DNA of 64,000 nucleotides from Heptranchias perlo (taxonomy: Eukaryota). Below, piece by piece: positions 24,780-39,284 of the stretch (position 1 is the stretch's first letter; each line of letters opens with the position of its first letter). The stretch spans positions 1,116,001-1,180,000 of the forward strand of contig NW_027139729.1 in the NCBI RefSeq assembly GCF_035084215.1. Direction: 5' to 3'. Under the pieces are notes generated by a model, which made no database searches, was not told the DNA's origin, and saw only the letters and a program-made list of their open reading frames with translations. The position numbers were made by a program, and so were the translations under genes.

Positions 24780-24935
24780 GATTGGTGGCAGATACTAAAT
24801 CTGATTGGATATCTGATGAAACCAATCAGAGAATGAAAGTAAATGTTATGTGTCATCACGCCCAATCGTCCAATCACAATCATTGCCTTCCCCCATCCCT
24901 CATTACCATAGGGCTGTGGGGCTGCCTATTTAATC
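24780..24935 (+). promoter_or_regulatory. H2B promoter (five CCAAT boxes, TATA-like CCTATTTAA)
   Basis: ATTGG/CCAAT at ~24781, 24804, 24822, 24862 and 24870; TATTTAA ~60 bp before the ATG. Confidence 0.7.
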
Positions 24936-24986
24936 CGAGCTCGGAGCGGATTTGGGTCATTTCTGGGTCTGAAATTGAGTTTGAAA

Positions 24987-25361
24987 ATGCCTGAGGACAA
25001 GAAAGCAGCTCCCAAGAAGGGCGCCAAGAAAACCTTGAGTAAAGCACCAGCCAAGGGCGGCAAGAAGCGGAGAAAGTCGAGGAAGGAGAGTTACTCCATC
25101 TACGTCTACAAAGTGATGAAGCAGGTTCACCCCGACACCGGCATCTCCTCCAAGGCCATGAGCATCATGAACTCCTTTGTGAACGATATTTTCGAGCGCA
25201 TCGCGAGTGAGGCTTCCCGCCTGGCCCATTATAATAAACGGCACACCATCAGCTCCCGGGAGATCCAGACCGCCGTGCGCCTGCTGCTGCCCGGGGAACT
25301 GGCCAAGCACGCCGTGTCGGAAGGGACAAAGGCGGTGACCAAGTACACCAGCTCCAAGTAA
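24987..25361 (+). CDS. H2B: Histone H2B, replication-dependent
   Basis: MPEDKK...[26 protein letters not shown]...AVTKYTSSK; the true ATG is at 24987. Confidence 0.98.
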   Translation: MPEDKKAAPKKGAKKTLSKAPAKGGKKRRKSRKESYSIYVYKVMKQVHPDTGISSKAMSIMNSFVNDIFERIASEASRLAHYNKRHTISSREIQTAVRLLLPGELAKHAVSEGTKAVTKYTSSK

Positions 25362-25390
25362 AACTCCACAATGTACTGAAAAAAAACAAC

Positions 25391-25406
25391 GGCTCTTTTA
25401 AGAGCC
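25391..25406 (+). terminator. Histone 3' stem-loop (H2B)
   Basis: GGCTCTTTTAAGAGCC-ACCCA, followed by HDE GAAGGAGCTG. Confidence 0.95.
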
Positions 25407-26178
25407 ACCCACAACCTCTCTGAAGGAGCTGCATTTCCGATATATTTACATAGTATGTTTTTAATAGCGCGATATTATTCCAATCGAAAACTGATACTCT
25501 ACGCCGTTGAAATTTCTGACCCATAAACTGAACACGAGTTTCTGATCCGCTCCTTCCCATTCGCTTTGTTCTTAAAGCGTTACTATTCCGGCGACGAACA
25601 CACCCTGAATGACCCCTGAGCATTTCCATTTTCTCCATGAATTCAGTCTCCCCACATTAACAGCAACCCCACCCCTTGCAGTAACAAAGCGGAGTAGGGG
25701 CAGAATGAGAACTCCGTCCGGGTCCGTCTTTTCACAGAAGCACTCCCGGCCCTGTGAGAAGGGACCAATCGTGTCACTTTTATAAAGACTAAATTGAAAC
25801 GTGTCCCTTCACGGAATGCTGTGAATGGGGATTTCGTCCCGAACGGTACAGTTTGAAAGCGATGATAAAATTAGCGAAAGTTTAAAGCAGATTTTAAAAC
25901 AGCTCCAGCGATTGGTGACGGGTAGCGCTGAATAAGACAAGATAAAAAGAACGGGTTTAAAATCTTGTGCTCAGGGCGACATTGATCGAAATCCGGTCCT
26001 TTACTACACTGAAATTGGCGGGCTTTTTGAAATTCATCAAATTCCTGGTCTGACCGTTGAGGCCGGAAAATCCCGCCCTCTTCTGATTCCCAGCTATCTG
26101 ATTGGTTAATGAAATAGGCAAATGAGGTGTGTTAAAGAACAACCAATCAGATGACCTTTCAGTCTATAAGAAGGGTAA

Positions 26179-26619
<441 letters not shown>

Positions 26620-26649
26620 AGCGACAAAGACTTAATCTGATAACCCAAA

Positions 26650-26665
26650 GGCTCTTTTCAGAGCC
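26650..26665 (+). terminator. Histone 3' stem-loop (H2A)
   Basis: GGCTCTTTTCAGAGCC-ACCCA. Confidence 0.95.
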
Positions 26666-26788
26666 ACCCACTGTATTTATGAAAGTGCTGGTTACTGTCT
26701 GTAGGATCAGGAATTAATTTGATAAGGACTTGATTCCGATTCTAGAAACTAACAATAACTTGTTAAACACAAATGATCCATATCGGTC

Positions 26789-26825
26789 TGTTGCAGTACT
26801 CGCTTCCGGACCGCAGATGTCGCCA
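26789..26825 (+). promoter_or_regulatory. CTCF-like site with upstream module, between H2A and H3
   Basis: TGCAGTAC-TCGCTTCCGG-ACCGCAGATGTCGCCA; identical copy at 55290-55326. Confidence 0.55.
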
Positions 26826-27211
26826 ACCTCCAATAGATTGAAATTTGCAGTTTGTCTGGTGAATGAGACAAAATACCAGAACCGTCAGAATTGTTAACTG
26901 GGTGGGTGGGATGCAGAAATACCAGGGACGCTTGTTATTATTTACCGTCCCATCCTCGGACAAGTCTGCCTCGGTTTGTTATTTTACCCAGATGTATACA
27001 ACACATGCTGAATGTGCTGTTTATTGTATCAGCGATTGCTGAATTAAGAATGTGAGTGAAATTTGTGTTTGGATGTGAGTGAGGTATTTATTCTGTCCAT
27101 GTCCGTCTGAAATCAGCTGCCCCCCTTTATACATTTCCCATTTAAGCAAATTTCTCACGGCCCTGCCATTTCAACCCAGGAGATCACAGCTCTTTCCATC
27201 GCCGATTTGGT

Positions 27212-27227
27212 GGCTCTGAAAAGAGCC
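27212..27227 (-). terminator. Histone 3' stem-loop (H3)
   Basis: Minus strand GGCTCTTTTCAGAGCC, followed by HDE AAAGAGCTG. Confidence 0.95.
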
Positions 27228-27260
27228 TTTGTTGCACTTGGTGCTGAAGCCGGGTCGGGT

Positions 27261-27740
<480 letters not shown>

Positions 27741-28528
27741 TTATAAAGGGTCTAAGGGGATCCGCCCCTGGCCTGTGATTTGCTGACGACCAACACCCTA
27801 TCAGGGAGTGACCGTCCCGGGACTGTGATTGGCAGGTTTGAACCGAGCTCTGACAGTCAGACTGAAACGGCGGGAGGTATTGGGCCCCAATTGGCTGAGC
27901 TGAAATTAACCATCAATTTCAAAAAGCCCGCCAATTTCAGAGCGTAAAATAAGTTTCAAGAAAATCTCATTTCCCTCCAGCAATTTAAGAATCTCTCTCT
28001 TTATAATCTCCATTATTTCCTTCTCCTCAGCTCATATCTCAGGCTGTTTCACATTCAGGTTCATTCTCTGATCTGTCTGTAAACGGGCGGGAATAAAGCC
28101 CCGGTCATTGCTTTCCGGAACGGGACAAAGTCCAGCTTCAATTTCAAAAATCCCGCCAGTTCCGGCCCGGTGAACCGCTCCTCAAACAGAAACTTCACAT
28201 CGAACTGATAATTGAATGAGGGTAGGAAATAAAGAGCGAGCAGAGAGGACACAGCGGGAGAGGGAGTGAGGAGGGATTTTACTCTGAGCGGAGAATGTAA
28301 TGTCTGGGGAAAGACTCTGTATCACCGCCTGTTCATTTATACCGTGAAACCGGGAATTCCGCTCCTTCTCTCGGGATGGCCGAGAACCCCGGCCGTTGTT
28401 TCTGATCTCCCTGTATCGAGTGTTGGGGAATCTCCCCATACTAATTAAATATCAGAAACTGATTCCCCATCCCGAGATCTCTCCTCTCCCCGTTCCCAGG
28501 TCAGTGCTCTCTCTGTGAGGCGGTGGGT

Positions 28529-28544
28529 GGCTCTTAGAAGAGCC
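28529..28544 (-). terminator. Histone 3' stem-loop (H4)
   Basis: Minus strand GGCTCTTCTAAGAGCC-ACCCA. Confidence 0.95.
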
Positions 28545-28579
28545 TTTGTTTTGTGTCCGGTTTGAAAGTGTCGAGTTGT

Positions 28580-28900
<321 letters not shown>

Positions 28901-29716
28901 TCACTAAAATCACTGCTGAATGAATAACGAACTTATGCTCGTTCCGTTTTTATGCAGCCTGCACCGACCGGACTGAGAAAGAAAGAGGGTGAGACAGGGA
29001 GGGGAGGAGACAGAGTGAGATATTAAACAGGGAGGGGAGGAGACAGTCAGAGTGACGGATAGAGCGGAGAGCGGCCTCTGATCTTCCAGCTCCACCTCCA
29101 GCTTTCTCCGCCCGCCAATTTCAAACCGTTTATCGATAATTGAACCGAAACACAGCGCTCCGCACAAACCCTGACAGACTCGGGCTTCATATTCAAGGAT
29201 TTCCAGAAACCGGGAGCTTTTAAATAAGCCCCGTTACAATTAAGTCAGTAATATTCCTGCCTAAATACAATCCCTTCTATAACAAGTCAACCCGCCTCCT
29301 TCCATTTCAGTCCCAGACCCGATTCGATCTCCCCACACATCCCCTCCCAGACGGGTTCAGCAGTTTACAAACACTTTATTCCAGCTGATTTGGAGAATCT
29401 CATGTGTTGGGGTTTGAATTGTGATAGCGGCGGATCTCCGCCAGTTTTACCCTGTCACGGACTCTCGCCCTGAATCTGTGAGAAAAAATGAACTGGGACT
29501 GGAGCCGAACACACGCCAGTTCCAGTGAGGCCCGGCCCGGACATCCCTTTCTCTCTATTTTATTTCAGACAGTGGGGGTGGGGCGGGAACAGCGAATGTC
29601 AGCGAGTCACCAGGACCCTGGGTTTATTTGAAATGATTTCTGTCTGAAATCTGAGCCCGGCCCCGGGACAGGAATCATCCGATTCCGGGATCAGCTCTTT
29701 TCTGAGAGACGTGGGT

Positions 29717-29732
29717 GGCTCTGAGAAGAGCC
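29717..29732 (-). terminator. Histone 3' stem-loop (H1)
   Basis: Minus strand GGCTCTTCTCAGAGCC, followed by HDE AAAAGAGCTG. Confidence 0.95.
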
Positions 29733-29768
29733 GTTGGGTTCAGATGGTCACAAGTTGCACTTGATTTT

Positions 29769-30383
29769 TTATTTCTTTTTGCCCGCTGCTTTCTTAGGCT
29801 TTGCTGACTTCGGCTTGGGCTTGGCCCTCGGTTTTTCCACCTTCTTTGCCTTCGCCTTCACTGTCTTGGGGGTCTTGGGCTTCTTAGCCGCCGCTTTCTT
29901 CTTAATTGGTGATTTCGCCGCCTTTTTCGTGGTCGATTTCTTCGCCGCTGGTTTCTTGGCGGCTGATTTCTTGACCGCTGTTTTTTTGGCCGCTGGTTTC
30001 TTTCCGGGAGATTTCTTGGTCACTTGTTTCTTCACCTTCTTGACCACTTTTGCCTGGGTTTCCTTCTTAGCGACTCTGAAGGAGCCCGAGGCGCCCGTGC
30101 CCTTGATCTGCACCAGGGAGCCTTTTTCCACATTTCTCTTGATACTTAATTTGATCTGGGACCGGTGCTTCTCCACATCCAGGCCTTTGGTAGCCAGAAC
30201 CTTCTTTATCGCGGCCAGGGATATCCCCTTGCGATCCTTGCAATCCCCCACAATCTTGAGGATCTGTTCTCCCAACGGGGGACCGGTGGACTTGGGTCTG
30301 GGAACCGCCTTCTTCTTCTTGGGAGCCTTGGGTGGAGCGGCGGCGGCAGGAGGTGCCGTTTCGGCGGCTGCAGTGTCTGTCAT
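29769..30383 (-). CDS. H1: Linker histone H1 (204 aa)
   Basis: [12 protein letters not shown]..., globular domain [15 protein letters not shown]-rich tail; H1 AC-box AAACACA at 30528-30534 (minus strand). Confidence 0.96.
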   Translation of the reverse strand: MTDTAAAETAPPAAAAPPKAPKKKKAVPRPKSTGPPLGEQILKIVGDCKDRKGISLAAIKKVLATKGLDVEKHRSQIKLSIKRNVEKGSLVQIKGTGASGSFRVAKKETQAKVVKKVKKQVTKKSPGKKPAAKKTAVKKSAAKKPAAKKSTTKKAAKSPIKKKAAAKKPKTPKTVKAKAKKVEKPRAKPKPKSAKPKKAAGKKK

Positions 30384-32575
30384 GTCCGGGACTCTGTCGA
30401 AAATCTCTCTGACAGTCAGAGCTGGGTCAGAAATGAAACGAGAGGCGGCGGCACAGAGCAACTTAAAGGCACAGAGCGGACGGGGCGGAGACATCCTGCT
30501 GTCAGCTCCCGGCCCCTCCAGCCTCTCTGTGTTTCTCTCTCCTCTTAAACTCCCCGATTCCAATTCAAATCGGGCACTCCAGAGTCCCAGACTAGCCCCT
30601 TCCTATCTCTAACACCGGGATGTTTGCTGTCGAAAAACTTTCACCGGAATTAAAAGCACCAGTTTCGATTTAAACCCGTTTCATTGCTGCACTGATCGCG
30701 CTCTCTCACCCGATCGCTGACATGATCTCCGTTTTTCGGCTGAAATCTTGAATTGATCTGAAACTTTACCTTAAATTTCCACTTCGGAACTCGGCAGGGG
30801 AGGAGGGCGATCCTTTGACAGGGATTTTTTAAAATTTTACTCAAAAGGGACTCGGAAATCTGGCGATGAGACCGGCCACACAAACACAGTGACATTAATC
30901 TAACCCACCCGCCCCTTTAACACACTCTCTCTGACACACTGTTCACATCTTCACATTCACAGGACAAACTGTTCGCCAGATTGACAATTCCCGGGACAGG
31001 CTTTCCTCCCCGCTCGGCCTGTGCTGCAGATTCTCGGGGGTTAGTTGTAGTTTCCCAGCTCAGTAAATGTTAAACACTCTGAGGCCGGCGCTCCTCACAA
31101 TGTCTGGTCCCCAGTTTCAGGGACAGGAGTCAATCACAGCTGTGGTTGTGATTATCCATATCTGGTTTTACATTATTACATTGTCTGCACACAGAAATAT
31201 GTTTGGTTGAGGCGATAATACAAATAATCCGCTCTGGGCTCCTCCAGTCTCTCTGTCTTTCTCTCCCTCCTCCAAAACTGACTGACAGACAATAGTAACT
31301 GGTGTCCCATCCGTCCCATTCTAAACACCCAGAGACGGCCAGTTACTGAATAAATTCAACATTCATAGGCAGTCCAGTGTCAGACAGTTACAGGCTGTTT
31401 CTCTCCACCTTTCCTTACTCGACTGGAGACTGATAAATGCACCGTCAGACCGGCTCATATATAATAGAAGGGACAGTGACTGTCTCACCAACAGCACCGG
31501 AGGTCTGTTCACAGACACAGAATCAGTCTTTACCTTCCTACAGGGTGTTCATATTATGCTCAATGACACTATCCCGCTCTCATGTACAGCACTAGAGATA
31601 GAGAAATACAGACGGACAGATAAAGAGACAGACAGAGACAGGCAGACAGACAAAGTATCATTCTCACACTTCCTCTCAGTGTGTCCGTTTCACACTCAGC
31701 AAACAGTATCCCACCTTCGTGTACAGCGCCAGAGAGATACAGACAGGCAGAGTATCAGCCATACGCTTCCCATCAGTGTCTCTGTATCACGCTCAGCAGG
31801 ACTATTCCACCTTCATATGTTGTACAAAAGAGAGAGAGAAACTGACCTGCAATGTCCCGTTTTCACCCAGTAACAAATTGGAAAATTCTCCATTCCAATT
31901 GCCATTCCAAGCTGGAGTGACAGAAGATGCAGTCTCATCTCTCACTGATATTATTTCAGAGACAGACACATTATTAATCCCACTCTCAGGGACAGTGTCA
32001 CACATTTAACCCTCTGTTGCATGTTGTACCCTCTGCAATTTTGCAGCTCAGGGCCCTTCTGCATTTCTCTCAGTGACCGAGATTTTCACTCCGATTGAAA
32101 TAATCTGGGACTGTTGCCGTCAAATATTAATCCAACACGGTCCCAGCAAATACACCGACTCCCACTTTCCTCCCATGTTTCTCCAGGATTGGTTCGAGGA
32201 ATCCGGCCTCCCGTTACGGAGTCACAAGTTTCTTTATCAGTAAAGGGACCAAGAATGAACAGAACAAATTGGCTCATTTCACAGCCGCTCACTTTATCTC
32301 TGAAAGACTCTTTACCATCAAAAGATACCGAGAGAAACAGCAGGGATGGAAACATCTCGTTTAATAGTTAGAGATTGTAAAGTCAGTCTGGATTCCAGCG
32401 TTAGGCACTGGTGGAATCCCATCTGTTTTCCATTCTGGTGCCTGTTCCTGCACTGCCTGTGGACCCCATTCCCTCTGACCTTTCCCCCAGACCCACTTCC
32501 TTTGCTCAGACTCGGAAAAATTCCAATTGGGGAAAGTTTCCATCGATTTTTGTATTGGGAATTAAACCAGATATC

Positions 32576-32698
32576 TGCGCATGCGCGACGCAGCCCCGCC
32601 CCCAGTGCTGGATGTTGGTGAGCAGAAGAGCGCATGCGCGCTCCCCTCCCCCAGCTCGGCCTGTGGGCGCCATTCCCTCAGTGAGCGGAAGAAGATGG
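32576..32698 (+). promoter_or_regulatory. CpG-rich NRF1/Sp1/ETS/YY1-like promoter (copy C)
   Basis: Same motif set as 14208-14330. Confidence 0.7.
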
Positions 32699-33500
32699 TT
32701 TAAAACAGCCGGGAATGGAGAGATCACGGCCCCCGGGGGAAGGGAGCAAAGAGCAGCCTCGTTACAGCAGCTCATCGCTTCGGGACCGTGTCCGCAGATG
32801 GGCTCAGAGATCGGCATTGAGTCCGGGGGAAGGTCAGGGGGAGTCCGGGGGCTGTTTGTAAGAGGCGGAGTGGATCAGGAACTGGTCCCGGAACATGGAG
32901 TGAGCGGGGGAAAGGAGAGGTCATTCTCGGGCTGTGTGTGTCCAGGGTGTGTCCAGGGTAAGGGAGAGAGAATGGGAAGAACCTGATATTTAAAATCATT
33001 GCTGCTTTCTCTCCCCAAATCAGTCGTGAATGTTCCATGTTTAGTTCCAGTCTCACCCTGTTACTGGACAGTGAACAGTCAGGATGTGGGGAGTTATACA
33101 AACAGTATCTATTGCAGGCATCAAGTGAGAAGTGTGAAGGACACATTTTCAACAGCGGTTGTTTGGTTTGGGGTGAACGGTTAGTCCCATGGGAGAGGAG
33201 TTGAGAAACCTGACCTGTAGAAAGGTCCCTGCCCCATCGGGTAGTCCCATTCACTGATCAGTGCAGGGGTTGGGTTGTGTCTGGATGTCACTAAATTGTT
33301 TTAAAATCGTCCAACACACCTGGTGTGCAGAAGCTGAGTGCTGCAGTGCTGCAGTGGAGTCAGACATTGACACTGTTTCTATCACTGGTTTTCATTTGTG
33401 GATATTCAAAATGATCATTAACAGAGATATCAAACTGATCACTTTTGTATTTTCTACCTCACCTGTTCCTGAGTCACAAGAGATAATTTTCTTTCTACAG

Positions 33501-33587
33501 GCAAATCCTTGAAGGATCCAGAATAAATGTGATCTTTCCTCCACCCGAGGCACTGGAAACAGTGCAGCCAGCTCCTTCTCACACACA
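33501..33587 (+). other. Putative 87-nt non-coding exon (copy C)
   Basis: TTTTCTTTCTACAG acceptor, GTAAGT donor. Confidence 0.55.
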
Positions 33588-34029
33588 GTAAGTACATTAT
33601 CACTCACAGAGCACAGAGACACAGACAGGTCATCAGTTCCACAGTCTCAGACAGCAGAAGTAGTCAGTCCCACACTGATCTTAAATTCCAGAGACACATT
33701 TTCAATCCAACAGAGCAGGTGAAGTCGATACTGTTCCATTTCTCCCAAACTCAGTCCCGCTGACAGGGAAATACAAAAATCCCATTCAAAATCACACTCT
33801 CAGATTGAAAGGCACTGTGTCAATCTCACAATAGGGCAACATTAAATACCAGATAGAAATCACACATGGCACCCGATTGAAAGGCACAGAATGAATCCCA
33901 ATAATGTACCCTGAGATTCCAATTGAATACCACCCCACAACTCAAAAATGTGAGTTTAATACATGCAGTACCCATTCGATTAATGTATCATGAGGTACAA
34001 ACTGCAGACATGTCCAGAACTCATGTAGA

Positions 34030-37000
34030 GTATCAGACTGAGAAATGCTGTGACAGTGTAACCTGAGAAACAAATTAGAAACCAGTTTATAATACACTCA
34101 TAGTATGAGATGTAAAGATACAGTATCAATTCTATTAGTGCACACTGAGATACACATTACATACCAGTCCAAAAATCTCTCTCAATATTAGACTGAAAGA
34201 CACAGTATCGATTACAATAGAACAGACTGAGCTACACATTATACACCAATTCAAAAATCACTATATCAGTTTGTAATATATGTTATCATTCACAATAGTA
34301 CACAAAAAAAATTGATTTAATAGTAGTCCAAAAAGCACACAAATTATCTGATTAAAAACCTCCAGCACGAAATCCTAAAGTTTATCCATATTTATCAATA
34401 AAATGAGAAAAACTATTTAAACATGAAGATATTAAAGCTACAGTATTGAACACCGTAATGTAATGTGAGAAAATAATTACAGACAGATACAGAATAAATC
34501 TCGCACTCATGTATGGTACCACAGTTGACAGAGAATGAATCCCCCACTCTCATAATGTACCAGAAACTGGCAGATAAAGTATGAATCCCACACTCACACA
34601 GCATCAGAGACTGCATATATCGAATGAATCGCAAACTCAAACACACTACTGACAAGATACACAATGAATCCCACACAGTATCACGGACTGAGAGATACAA
34701 AATGAATCTCTCAGTCACCTACATTAGTGCAGGCTGAGTTACAAATTAGGGACCAGTCCACAAATCTCAGTGTCAGATTGAACGATACAGTACCAATTCC
34801 ATTAGTGCAGACTGAGCTGCATATTAAACACCAATACAAAAGACCAATACAGATTCAGACTGAAATATACAGTATTCCATTGATGCAGACTGAGCTGCAC
34901 ATTGTATATAAGTTCAAAAATGTCACCATATCAGTTTGGAAGATACACTAAATCACAATTGTGTTCACATTGATGCAGATTTAATCGTAGCCAAAAAGTG
35001 CAGTGATTCTCTGATTATAACCTACAGCATCACATTTTAAAGTATATAATTATCTACCACTTAAACACTGGGAAAAATTAGTTATACATTTATGTATTAA
35101 AGATACAGGTTTGAACGCCATGCTGTAAACTGAGATACAAATTAGATACAGATAAAGAATGAATCTCATACTCAGATCCAGTGCCAGAGACTGACATACA
35201 GAATGAATCCCTCACTCACACAATGTACCACTGACTGACAGATACAGAACGAATCCCACACTCACACACTGTAGCACAGACTGACAGATACAGTATATAT
35301 ATATATCACTCATATACAGTATCAGAGATTGATGGAAATGGAATGAATGTCTCACTCACATACAGCACCAGACACTGACAGTAATGGAATTAATCCCAAA
35401 TTCACACACGGTGCCAGAGACTGACAGGAACAGAATGAACCTCATTCAGATACAGTACAAGGGACTGACATATATAGAATGAATCCCACACTCACACAAA
35501 GTACCACAGACTGACAGAATCAGAATGAATCACTAAGTCAAATCACTGCAGACTGAGTTACACATAACATGCCAGTCCAAAAATCTTAGTGTCAGATTGA
35601 AAGATAATGTATCAATTTCATTAGTGCAGACTGAGCCAAACATTATATAGCAGTCCAACACTGTCAGACCTTATCAGACTCAAAGATACAACATCAATTC
35701 CATTAGCATGTACTGAGCCACATGTTACACACCAGTCCAAAAATCTCATACAGTAACAGACTGATAGATACATTATCAATTCTATTAGTGCAGGCTGAGC
35801 TATATATTACATTCCAGTCCAAAAATCTCACAGTGTCAGACTGAGATACAGAATTAATTCCATTATTATAGACTGAGCTACACATTATATACCAGTTAAA
35901 TAATTTCACCATGGACAGATTGAAAGGTACATTATCATTCACAACAGAGTTCAGAGATGAAGATGTAATACTACTCCAAAACTCACACACATTGTTTGAT
36001 TAAAGAAAATCCAAAAGTGTATCAATATTTACAAATTAAACACTTGATAAAAAACTGCATAGCCTTTAAAGTATTAAAGATATAGTTTCATATACAATAA
36101 TATAAACTGAAATAAGAATACAGAATGAATCCAGACTTGCACATTGTCTCATAGACTGAATTATAGAATGAAACCCAGACTGAGATAAATTAGCTGAGAC
36201 TGACAGATACAGAATGTATCCTAAACTCATATACAGTATCAGAGACTGACAGATACAGAATGAACCCCACATTTGCATGCAGCACCAGAGACAGACAGAA
36301 ACAGAATGAATCCCACACTCACATACAGTACCAGAGACAGACAGATACAGAATAAACCCCATACTCATGTACAGTACCAGATACAGACAGGTAAAGAATA
36401 AACCCCACACTTATATACAGCACCAGAGACAGACAGAAGCAGAATAAACCTGACATTCGCATACAGTACCCGTTACAGACCGATACAGAATAAACCCCAC
36501 ACACGTACAGTACCACAGACTGACAGGCACAGAATGAATCCCACAATCACACACAGTACCAGAGACTGACAGATACAGAATAACCCTCATTCATATACAG
36601 TACCAGAAACAGACAAATAAAGAATAAACCCCACACTCATTTGCAGTACCAGAGACAGACAGATACAGAATGAATCCCAAATTCACATACAGTACCAGAG
36701 ACTGACAGATACAGAATGAATCCCAAATTCACACAAGGTACCAGAGACTGACATATACTGAATAAACCCCACATTCACATACAGCACCAGAGACTGACAG
36801 AGACAGACAGATACAGAATGAATCCCAAATTCATACACAGTACCAGAGACAGACATATACTGAATAGACCCCACATTCAAACAGTACCAGAGACAGAGAG
36901 ACACAGAACAAAAAACACACTCATTTCCAGTATCAGAGACAGACAGATACTGAAAAACTCCAAACTCATGTACAGTGAGACTGACAGACACAGAATAAAC

Positions 37001-39270
37001 CCCACACAGGTACAGTACCACAGACTGACAGGCACAGAATGAATCCCACACTCACACAGTACCAGAGACTGACAGATGCAGAATAAACCCCACACTCATG
37101 TACAGTATCTGAGACTGACAGAAACAGAATAAACCCCACACTCACACACAGCACCAGAGACTGATAGGCACAGAATGAATCCCACACTCACACACAGTAC
37201 CAGAGACTGACAGATACAGAATAAACCCCACACTCATATGCAGCACCAGAGACTGACAGATGGAGAATAAACCCCACACTCACACACAGCACCAGAGACT
37301 GACAGATACAGTATATACCCCCCACTCATATGCAGCACCAGAGACTGACAGATAGAGAATAAACCCCACACTCATATGCAGCACCAGAGACAAACAGATA
37401 CAGTATATACCCCCCACTCATATGCAGCACCAGAGACTGACAGATACAGAATAAACCCCACACTCATATACAGTACCAGAGACTGACAGATACGGAATGT
37501 GTGAATTTGGGATTCACAGTATTGGAGACAGACAGATACAGAATAAAGCCCAACCTGTACCAGAGACAGATAAATGCAAAATAAACAACAAACACATCGA
37601 CAGTATCGGAGATAGATGGATGCAATGCAGAATAAATCCCACACTGACACACAGTACCAGAGACAGACATAGACAGAATAAACCCCACACTCATATACAG
37701 TACCAGAGACTGATAAATACAGAATAAACCCCACACTCACACACAGTACCAGAGACAGACAGATACAGAATGAAAGCTGCACTCACACACAGTACCAGAG
37801 ACAGACAGATACAGAATAAAACCTACACTCACACACAGTACCAGAGACTGACAGATACAGAATAAACCCCACACTCATATACAGTACCAGAGACTGACAG
37901 ATACGGAATGTGTGAATTTGGGATTCACAGTATCGGAGACAGACAGATGCAGAATAAACCCCAAACACATCTACAGTATCAGAGACACACAATTACAGAA
38001 TAAACCCCACACTGACACACAGTTCCAGAGACTGACAGATACAGAATAAACCTCACACTCATGTACAGTATCAGAGACTGACTTATACAGAATGAATCTT
38101 ATACTCACACACAGTACCAGAGACTGACAGATACAGAATAAAGCCCAACCTCATATACTGTACCAGAGACAGATAAATACAAAATAAACAACAAACACAT
38201 CGACAGTATCGGAGATAGATGGATGCAGAATAAATCCCACACTGACACACAGTACCAGAGACAGACATAGACAGAATAAACCCCACACTCACACACAGTA
38301 CCAGAGACAGACAGATACAGAATGAAAGCTGCACTCACACACAGTACCAGAGACAGACAGATACAGAATAAAACCTACACTCACACACAGTACCAGAGAC
38401 TGACAGATACAGAATATACCCCACACTCATATACAGTACCAGAGACTGACAGATACGGAATGTGTGAATTTGGGATTTACAGTATCGGAGACAGACAGAT
38501 ACAGAATAAACCCCAAACACATCTACAGTATCAGAGACACACAATTACAGAATAAACCCCACACTGACACACAGTTCCAGAGACTGACAGATACAGAATA
38601 AACCTCACACTCATGTACAGTATCAGAGACTGACTTATACAGAATGAATCTTATACTCACACACAGTACCAGAGACTGACAGATACAGAATAAAGCCCAA
38701 CCTCATATACTGTACCAGAGACAGATAAATACAAAATAAACAACAAACACATCGACAGTATCGGAGATAGATGGATGCAGAATAAATCCCACACTGACAC
38801 ACAGTACCAGAGACAGACATAGACAGAATAAACCCCACACTCATATACAGTACCAGAGACTGATAAATACAGAATAAACCCCACACTCACACACAGTACC
38901 AGAGACAGACAGATACAGAATGAAAGCTGCACTCACACACAGTACCAGAGACAGACAGATACAGAATAAAACCTACACTCACACACAGTACCAGAGACTG
39001 ACAGATACAGAATAAACCCCACACTCACACACAGTACCAGAGACAGACAGATACAGAATGAATCCAACACTCACACACAGTACCAGAGACAGACAGGCAC
39101 AGAATAAACCCCACACTCACACACAGTACCAGAGACAGACAGGCACAGAATAAACCCCACACTCATACACAGTACCAGAGACTGAAAAATACAGAATAAA
39201 CACCAAACGTTTGTACAGTATCAGAGACTGACAGATACAGAAGAAACCCCACAATCATGTAAAGTGCCAG
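34030..39270. repeat. Satellite region: ~82-bp/46-bp blocks, then a long 46-bp array (36110-39270)
   Basis: Visible periodicity; 552-bp higher-order repeat within about 37.7-39.0 kb. Confidence 0.92.
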
Positions 39271-39284
39271 GTAAAATTGTTTGG

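Noticed and set aside
30384-30563. N-terminal extensions of H1 (and of H2B, H2A, H3) in the ORF track
   Set aside because: They begin at non-ATG codons in promoter or 5' UTR sequence; the canonical ATGs lie downstream.
29734-30612. Long ORFs antisense to H1 and the other histones
   Set aside because: Shadows of histone codon bias.
36066-38932. Many hydrophobic ORFs and a CRISPR-like periodicity
   Set aside because: Translations of the 46-bp satellite; no unique spacers, no cas genes, eukaryotic context.
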